From a virus (Duplodnaviria; Caudoviricetes), in the IMG/VR virus record IMGVR_UViG_3300010365_001248, positions 32,001 through 96,000 of that record: a stretch of 64,000 bases of DNA, one strand, 5' to 3'. The position numbers and the translations under genes are program-made. This document shows, one piece after another, positions 54,601-64,000 of the stretch. The notes below the pieces were generated by a model. That model searched no databases and was not told the DNA's origin. It saw nothing but the letters and a program-made list of their open reading frames with translations. Position 1 is the stretch's first letter. Each line of letters begins with the position of its first letter.

Positions 54601-57600
54601 GCTAAAAAATTATAAAGGGCAGCTCGTGGGGCTGCTTTATATCTTTCATCTTGACATAATTGATCAAAATACTGTTCAATTAATTCATTATGCTTAACTG
54701 GAATTTTATAATATTTAACAATTTCATCAGTTGGGTTAATTACTGCTAAATTACCAGATACTTTTAATTTAATACCATTTTTAGTTAAAGTAGAACCTAA
54801 AATAGAATATACTTTCTTGAAAATTTGTGTATTATCAAGTGGAATATTTTCTTCTAATTCTTTTAAATTATCTTTAGTTAAATAACCTTTAACTTTAAAA
54901 TCATTAAGAATACCTTTAGCTAAAATTCCTAATAAAGTATTTTCTTCTTGATCAAAATTTTTAGCTAAATAATCACATAAAGAAGTAAATATAGCTATTG
55001 ACATATTTTCAGGAGCTAATACTGTCAAATTTTTATCTCTAAAAGCTTTTGTTGCTAAACGAGATAAAGTACCTAAAGCTCTATAAACTCCTAAAGCCTA
55101 TTTAGGTGTATATCCTTGAGAAATACAAGCACTAGTTACCTGAGTCATATTAGAAAGATGACTATCATCAGCATGATGTCCTTTATCCAACTGAGGTCCT
55201 AAAACATCAGCTGTCTGATAATAAGGATTATAATAAGAAGATTCAATAAAAGAACCATCTGAATTTTGAATATTTTTAAATAAAACATCTGCTGACATCA
55301 AATTAGTATGAGTCATTTTTACAGCTCCTTCAGTTAAAAGCATAAAAATATCAGACATTAAAAGAGGTTGATAGTAATTAGTTTTATACATTTTAGTATT
55401 ATCTACTAAAGTATTATCATTTAATTCTTTATCTAAATTTAAAGAAACTAATTTACTAACTTGAATTTCATATAATTTATCCTATGACCAATTAGAATAT
55501 TGTAATTTGTCATCAATTAATTCACAACTATTCCAACCTCCCAAAGCCATATATAATTCAAAATTATCTGAAATTGTTAATTTTATAGGAGTAGGTTCAT
55601 CTGTTAATAAAGATCCTTTTTCATCACATTCATATTCATCAAATACATATTTTTTATTTATAGAATCATATTCTTTATATATTCTAGCATAATATTTATT
55701 ATTTACTTTATAGTAAAACGGTGTTGCTAAAGATATTAAAAAAGAACCATCAATATCTGATTCAAATAATGTATCGCCGGGATCATAAAAAGTTTCATCT
55801 TGATTTCTCCAACGATGTTTTAACATATTAAAAAGCATTCGTTGATACATTTCATCTTTACGAACTTTTTCATTAGTTAAAGTAAAGTTAGCAGTTTTAT
55901 TATTACTTCCAATACCTAATCGAGTATCGTATAAAGCAGCAAAAAGTTTCATAGTATCTATACTAACTTTAGCTGCTCCTAAACTTTCATTAATTGCTTT
56001 AGCACAAGTATAAGTAATTAGTGTACAACCATCCATTCCTTTCATTACTCCTTCAGCTCCATTAGCTGAAAAACCTAAAGAAGAAATATCTTCTACACAA
56101 GCGACTTTAAATTTATTAGGTATACCTTTAATAATACTAGTATCTAATCGTTTTTCTTGAGCAGTATTATTATTATTTCTTTTCTATTGAGTTCTATCCA
56201 GAAAACCTAATAGAATTTCATGATAAGCAATTTTACCTAAATCCGTTAACTTATTATTTTCAACTAGCCATGGATTCTTTTCTTTAAATTTTTCTTCAGA
56301 AGGGGCACCTGTAGGTTTATGAGCTAAATTAGATCCTACTTGAGAAATAATATATTCTTGAGAAATTAAAGTATTAAAAGCATTAAATTTAGCTAATAAA
56401 GGATTTAATTGAAATTCTATATCCTCAGAAGAATATAATGCTAATGGATTTTCTAATAATTCTTTTCTATTAGGATATTTTATAGGATCCATCTAATATA
56501 TAGCATTTTCTAAATCACTATATTGAGTAAGAATTTTAGAACAATATTCTCCATTTTTATTCCAAAAACTCATTTTAGCAATAGGAGTTAAATAAGGATT
56601 TTTATGATTACTATTACATAAAAAGGCTAAATTATATGATTTAATTTGTATACCATCAATTAAAGGATTATTTGAATTTTTTTCTTCTTTTTTTACTTCA
56701 TAATTTTCTAGTTTAATATTTTTCTTTTTTATATAATAAACCTTCTCTTGCTTGTCATCTTTATTAGGATAAAAAGAAGAATTAATATTAGTTACTTCCC
56801 AATAATCTTCTTTTTTAGCTCCTTTAGGTAATTTTTCAATTAAATCATAATTATATTTATCATTACCTAGTAAATTTTCTAAAGTTTTTAATAAATAACC
56901 TTTTTCTGAAGTTTCTTTAAAAGGAATTCTAATTCCTTCTGTAAGTAATCTATGGGCAAATAAACGATCATTTATTTCAGCATGTTTATTATAAATATCA
57001 TATTTAGAAAATTTATTTATTTCAGTTTGAACTAATGTTTGCTATTGAGCTTTAATATTCTAAAAAACATCATTTACTTCAATAATAGGAGTTGTTCTTT
57101 TAGGATTAGTATTATAATCCTCTATTAATTTTTTATTAGTAGAATAAAAATTCCAAATATCCTATAATTTAGGCTTATTTATAACAGGAAGATTTAATAA
57201 ATTACAATCGGTTTTATATTTATTTATTAAATTTTTTTGTAAAATAGTATAAAACCTTTTTAAATCATTAAAATACTAAGTTTTAATTTGTTCTGATGAA
57301 GCTTCTAATATATTTTGTCCACTAAAAAGTTTTGCAGCAGTATTTAAAAATAATTGATAAAATGCTGTTTTATCAGCATTTACTACACAAGGTCCTCCTA
57401 TTCTTTTTCCATTAGTAGTAGAATAATTATTAGAATCAAAAGTGCTAAAACCTCCTATAAATTCAGTATAAAAAGTTCCTAAAAACATATCAGGTAATGA
57501 AACTTGTTTCCATTCTTCATAAGGATTAAATCCTAACTATGCCCCTCTAATAGTTTTAATAGAAAAATTAGCATCAGGATTTAAAATAGTAAACTTAGAA

Positions 57601-59846
57601 GTAGGTACTTCTTCAGGATTTATTTGTCCTTCAGCTTGATAAATCATTGGAGTAGAAGCTAAATTTCCTAAATTAGTAGAACTAATTTGTGCACCATTAG
57701 CATCTTTATATACATTTAATTTTTCAGTTCCTTTAATAGCAGTAACTAAAGTAGCTATATTATATAATTCTGATAATCTATTAGTTGTAATAGAAGATTT
57801 ATAGGATTGTCTAAAGCTTTGTGAAAAATTTAATTTTGAAAAAGTTATTTTATCTCTAAAATGAACTTGAGCACTTAAAATATCAAAGCATATTTTATTT
57901 AAATCATAAATATTACTTATACTAGATTCAAAAGCATCTCTATATAAAGAATTATTATAATGAATTCCAGTTAATAAATCAACTAATTTACCAAAAGGTT
58001 CAGTAATATATTTCATTTGATTTAAAGAATAATTTTCATTATTAAAATTTTTTAATTTATCATTATGAATATTAAATAAAACAAATCCTTTATTATTTGT
58101 TATTTGAAAATAAAAGTCTTCACCTTCAATAGAAGATGTATCGTTTATATCATAATCTTTATATTTTTTAGCATCTTTTATTTTTAAAGAAATGTTTATT
58201 CCATATTTTTGATTTACAGCATCACACCATTCTTTAAAAGATTCAGCATTAGGATCCTAGTTACTTTGATTTCTTTCATTAATTTGTGTTTCTAAATTAC
58301 GTCTATCAGCATAAATATAACTAGCTTTAGATTCTCTTTGCATTAAAGCTCCTTCTTCTGTTTTTAATTCTACTGGTTCAATAGTTCCTGTAGACAAAAT
58401 ATTTTGTATTATAGCTGATAAATAATTTTGTGAAAAACTATTTTCTGATTTCCAAGTTGAACTCTACATAGAATGTTCAGCACCAAATAAATTTTTATAA
58501 ACTGAATATATCAAATTAAATTTATTTTTACTTATATTATGAGTTAATTCAGTAAATCTATCTTGTTGTGCTAAGTTTAATAAATTATTATAAGTAAATT
58601 TTCCCGATTGCTGATCATATAATAAAGTCTGTAAATAATACTTTAAATAAAAATGTGGATTTTTATTCATAGCATTAAATAAATAAGATCGACTTACTAA
58701 AATAGAATCATAATAAACCTCATCATTTGGATTTCCATCAAGATCAGTATCATTATTATATTTTTTATAACGATTTCTTTTAAGATCATCTAATAATATC
58801 TAGTCTTGTCGAGATTTATTTTCAGGTAAACCTTTTAAATGATTTATTACAGTATCAGTAAGTTTAAAATCAATATTTTTTAATAATGACATATAATTAA
58901 TAGCTTCTGCCCAAGAAGATGTGGTAAAAGTTATATTAGTTGGAGTATCTCCATTATATATCATAAAGTTTTCCAAAAATAATTTTATTAATTTTTCAGT
59001 ATTCTATTCTAAGTCAATAAATTTACTATCATCATAATCTTTTCGTAATTTTATTTCTGTAGAATAAGAATATTTTGAAATATCCTCATTATCAAAATTA
59101 TTTTTAAATTTAGAATCAATTTTAATAAATTCTTTAAAATCTTTTTCTATAAAATTATCTAAGTAGGTTAAAGTAAATCTATTAGTAAATTCAGTAAAAA
59201 AATTTGAATTATTTTCTGCTTCTTTTGTATTTATAAATTTAGATTCAAATTGAGTTGCTAAGGACTAATCTTGAATTAATTTTATAAATATATTTTCATC
59301 TAAAGCTTTTGAAGATAATTCTTGATAATATTGAAAAATATTTTTTTGAAGTTCTTCAGTACTAGTAATAAAATGATCATTTTCTTTATCCCAAATTAAT
59401 TTTTGAAATAAAGTATCTTTTACTTTTTTGATATATTCACTAGCTACTAAACCTTGTCCTATAGTATCATAGATAAAAGAAGAAGAGGAAAGGTTTTCCT
59501 CCTCTTCTACAATAGTTATTTTTTCTGGATTATTTATAATTTGATCAAGTTCTTTAAAAAAAGTATTAAATTTTGCTGGAAATTCTTGCATCTAATCTTG
59601 TAAAGCATTTTTTAATTTTTCAATAAAAAGAGTATTTTCCTAGTTTAATGTATAATTATAATGTTGATTTTTACAAAACTTTAAAAATTCTTTATAAAAA
59701 ATCTAAGAAAAATTATTAAGTTTATTTGTTAAGTATTTTGAATATTTATCATTAGCATAATAATCAAAAAATAAATTACAAAAAGATTGAAAATCCTTTA
59801 AAAATTGTGGATTTTCAAATAGACTTGAACATTTTTGTGTTGCCAT
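48645..59846 (-). CDS. virion two-barrel DNA-dependent RNA polymerase (about 3733 aa, TAG=Gln)
   Basis: Eleven track fragments in one frame; RIPAQ motif and catalytic GSDLDID at 52464-52484; GMDG near 56030. Confidence 0.88.
58697..58774. repeat. 78 nt exact composite copy of 53036-53070 plus 53119-53161
   Basis: Direct sequence comparison; the join falls at a TTGGA microhomology. Confidence 0.9.
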
Positions 59847-59849
59847 ATG

Positions 59850-62800
59850 TTATTTTATTATTATATTACAGCTTTTTTGCCATCCTTCTAATATATCTGA
59901 CGTCTTTGCTATTTCTTGTAAATCCTAATCTGTATAAGGAATTTTTCCTTCTTCATCTTTATAAATTTCAGAATTTATAGAGAAAGAATTTTCTTTTATT
60001 AAATACCTATCGAATATAAAATTTTCTAAACCACTTTTTACAATATCATTGTAAGTAGTATTTTCATCTACTATATAAAAATAATTAAATGTACCAACCT
60101 AAAGACCTGGAACTTCATAGATGGTTCCTATTTCTAACGTTTCGGACTGAAATTTATTTACTTCTATTTTTTGTATGTTTCCTGAAAAATTTTTTGGTTT
60201 AGATTTTAATTGAATACGTAAATTTTTTCCTACTGGAGCAGGATTTATTAATTGTTTATATAATTTAACTTTCTCATAACTTGAGCATCGTCGTATATGT
60301 TCTAGAGTATATTCTATATTATAAGTATTACTGCCTGATTTATAACTTGTAATCTAACCTTCTTTATTTACTTCTACATTTGTTGCAGAATTAAGAATTT
60401 GTTCTACATAATATTGTCCATTAAATTTATATAAAATTAATGAATTTTCTGCTAATGTTTTTAAATAATCCACAATAAATTCATTATTATTTTTATTTTC
60501 AGATAAATTATAAAATAATTCATACATTTCGTCGGTTATTTCCTATAAAGGGTCAAGTTTTATACAGTTAGATTTAAAAAATTCTTTACCTTTTGCTATT
60601 TTTTCTTCTTTTGTTAAAGATTTATTACCATCCTCTGAAGGAGAAGATTCTTCCTAATCAGAAATTTGTTCTATTTTTAATTTAGCAGGATTCCAAAGTT
60701 TATTTAATAAATCTTTCAATGCACTAGAATTAAAAGTAGGTCTTTGTAAATGTCCTCTAATTATATATTGATCCCAAGGCATTAAAGATTCTAATACATC
60801 AGAATCATTAGTATGTACTATTTCAGCTTGAGGGATAATATCAGGTAAATCTTCATTTTCTAAAGCATTTTGAATTTTAATTAAAGTCTATTCTATAGCT
60901 GCATTTAATTCAGCTTTTTCTTGTGGTGATAAACCTGTTTCTATTGGAGTTAATAAATTTAATAAAGTTTTATTAAAAATAGTATAAAAACGAGAAGTAC
61001 CTGAATTAATAGCAGTAAAATAATTCTATGAACCTATCTAATTAGTTAAAAAAGAAATAACTTCTGTCCCATATTTATTTGAAGTTAAACCTTGTCTTCT
61101 AGGTTCAATATTATTCTTTTTAACTAGTTTCTAAAACCTTAAAAATTGTTTTATTGCTTCATCAAGATTTATATCTGTTGCCTTAGAATTTTCTAAATGT
61201 CTTTTTAAATTTTTAATTAAAGGATGATTTTCATCATAATTAATAATATTTTTAAATATATAATCTGTTATATACCATGATGTAGCATTATTTCCCCAAT
61301 GTTGTTCAATATCTTCTGGATGTTTCTATTTTTCTTCTAAATAAGCTAAATAATCCTTAATATTATTATTAGGTTGTTCCGTTAATCCATACCATAATAC
61401 TGAATTAGGAGACGATTTTAAACCATTTATAGTTAAATTATTTTTACTTAATTCATCAAAACTATATAGTATAAAAGAAGTTCCTTGAGGTATAATAGTT
61501 TCACCATTATCATCGGTAATATCATATTTAGCAATATAAACTTTATCTCCTATATAAATTCCATCTTCTTTTGTAGCAACTTCTTTATAATCTTTTAAAG
61601 AACGCTCTACAGGATTCCACTAAGTATTCTAAATAGATTGAATATATTCTGCATTTCTAAAACCAGCAGCTATATTTAAATTTAAATCAAAAGCTTGATT
61701 CTATTCATAAGGAATTGATTTTAAATTATAATAGTAAGTTTTATGAGAAAATATTTGACATAGTACTGTAAACTAAGTTAAAAAGTCTTTAACTAAAGGA
61801 TCTAAATTTTCTTCTATTTTACTTTGTAAAAAAGGATAAAATGTTGGATCTTTACCACTAAATATATCATATATTTCTCTAGCTTTTTCTTGACTAGGAG
61901 GAAGGTCAGGATTTAATTTAGGATATTTAGCAATAATATCTTGAACATACTATTTATTTTTATATGTTTTAAGTAAAGTTAATGGATTAATTAAAGCTCC
62001 TAAATTAATTTCTAATAGCATTTTTTGTTTATTTTTATTTGTTTTTTCTTTACTAAATAAACGAAATACTACATGGGTTCCAGGAGCTTCAAAATTATCC
62101 GTACCTTTCTATAAAGTTACTTTATCTTCCCTAAACCATACACTATTTTTAAATTCTTCTTTATTAGTTCTAAATTCAGGATGAGTTAAACCTATACTTA
62201 AAGAATGAATTTCAGGAAAATTATTGCCTCCAATTATAGTCTATAATCTAGAAACATCAATAGGAATATTTTGTAATAAACAATAATATAAATAATTTTG
62301 TACGTTTTGTAAAACTTTTTCTGCCTCTTCTTTATTAGTTTTAAAAGCAGGATTTAATTTAATTAATCCATAATAATTGTCTATTCTTTGTGAATTTGAA
62401 TTAAATTCATCAGGATAAGGAAAATTAGTATTAAATCCATAAAATTGTAATACAGATCCAGGAGCTTTAGAATCAGGAACTGTTTCATCATTATTAGTAA
62501 AAGAAGAAGGTTCATTTTCAGAAGGTTCTTCAGCTGGTATATGGGTAGCTAAAAAATCATTAAATGAATATTCTGTTTCATCTACTTTTACTTTAATCTA
62601 ATATTGTCCATTAATAGGTTGAATAGAAAAATTATCTGCACTTGTAGTAACAGTATTATTATTTAAATCTTTCCATTCTTGATCAATTTTAAAAGAATTT
62701 AAAAACTCTTCAACTTCTTCTTTAGAAGTAAATCCTTCTGGATTTTTTTCTGGAGGAGTTTGAGTTGTTCCTTTTAAAGATTCATCTTTATATATTGGCT

Positions 62801-64000
62801 AAAAATGTTCTTTACCTAATTCAGTTTTATTTTCTAAATCAGAATATTGATCTATACGTGCCTAATTAGTTTTTTGAATAAATGCTTCTGATAATGAAGG
62901 GAATTTTTTATAAGAATCCATTTTAAAAGAATTAATATTACGCCAGCTTAATAAAGCTGCTTTTTTAGCTCTACTAAAAGAAGTATATAATTCTTTTTTA
63001 TCTTCGTAATATTCAGTTAAATCTATAACATAATCAGCTTCATTGCCCTAACTTTCATTTAAAGTTTTAATAGAAATATTTTTATTTCCTGCTGTTAAAT
63101 TTTTAATTTTGTCAAATTCAGTTTTATCAGCAATAATCATTATAGATTCTTCAGCATTTCTTATTTTTAATAATTTATTTAATTCTGTTTCAAAATTTCT
63201 GGGCTAAAAATATTTTATTCCTGCTATTTCAGTATCAGATTCATAATAATTAAATCCATTAAAAGTTTTTATATCATTTATATCATTAATTTTTTGAAAT
63301 TCATTTAAAGCATTTTCCATTAAATTATTCTCTGCACGAACTACTATAGAAATTTTTTCAGTAGAATAAAATTGTTTAGCTTTAGAAGTACATTTAAATT
63401 CTGGAGTTTCACATATAGTATTTATCTAATCAAAATCTCCTAAACCTATTATAATAAAACCATTTGCTAAAGCTGCTCTTTCTAATAATCGTAAATCAAT
63501 TTCAGTATATTTACTAATTTCATCTATAAATATAATTTTAGGACAGTTAGTAATTATGTTAGGTTTAATAATTTCTTTTAAATTTAAATTTTTGTCTGTT
63601 ATGTCAAATAATTTATTTGTCTATTCTTCAGTTAAAATACCTTCAGTTGGATAAGAGTCATAATCATTATAAAATAATTTTAATAAATCATTTTTTTCAT
63701 AGGGTTTTACATTTTGACCTATTTTTTCAGTAACCTATTTAGCATTTTCTTCAGTAATATGTGCAAAATATGAAGAAGAAATTAAAATAGGATTACTTTT
63801 TTTCATTAAATCAATAATTTGTTTTACACAAGCCATAGTTTTGCCAACTCCTGGAAAACCTTGCATAAGAACAATATTTTTATAACCAAAAAAAAGTTTA
63901 TAATCTTTTAATTCTGTAGCATCAGGATTATTTATATTAATTTTTTCTATGCAAACTTCATTAATTAAATCACAAGCCTCATTAATAAATTTTGAATTAA
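59850..64000 (-). CDS. giant virion protein with SF1 helicase domain (5'-partial, TAG=Gln)
   Basis: GFPGVGKT, IFIDE, GDFD*I (motif III), S*GNE (motif V) and LYTSFSRAK (motif VI). Confidence 0.85.

Noticed and set aside
10463-58670. Short antisense or alternate-frame track ORFs (e.g. 10463, 12257, 16430, 20538, 22805, 27569, 35713, 38501, 51701, 55507)
   Set aside because: They are shadows of well-supported genes or introns and have no motifs.
42045-64000. Minus arm as decayed pseudogenes or non-coding DNA
   Set aside because: The interruptions I checked are all TAG, frames are preserved over kilobases, and catalytic motifs are intact.
1-64000. CRISPR array, tRNA or rRNA genes
   Set aside because: No regularly spaced repeats or cloverleaf sequences seen by eye; the recurring motifs are intron cores.

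Overview
A 64 kb, very AT-rich piece of a crAss-like phage genome (Crassvirales; Bacteroidales host inferred). It has two converging arms. (1) The + strand, about 1-35.5 kb, holds replication and nucleotide-metabolism genes: MoxR-type AAA, SF2 helicase, DnaB, AAA_24/Sak4-like ATPase, primase, resolvase, PD-(D/E)XK nuclease, NrdD/NrdG, dUTPase, ligase, sigma70-like factor, PolA and ThyX. Seven of these genes are interrupted by 16 group I introns, which I delimited by hand using the 5' exon U, P1 pairing, P7 motifs, the terminal G and restored reading frame. Only one intron keeps a LAGLIDADG endonuclease; one carries a small Cys-rich ORF. (2) About 35.7-41.9 kb is a mosaic accessory island: tandem EcoRI-family adenine methyltransferases with alternative C-terminal modules, a truncated DUF262 gene, a captured host segment (gmk tail, intact nadD, pheS head), a T9SS C-terminal domain fragment and a Fic/Doc gene. 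(3) The - strand, 42-64 kb, holds four giant virion/ejected-protein genes that look fragmented in the ORF track but fall into single frames if TAG is read as Gln: a PD-(D/E)XK-containing protein, a zincin, the two-barrel virion RNA polymerase, and a partial SF1-helicase protein. Coordinates and translations were worked out by eye; I ran no database searches.
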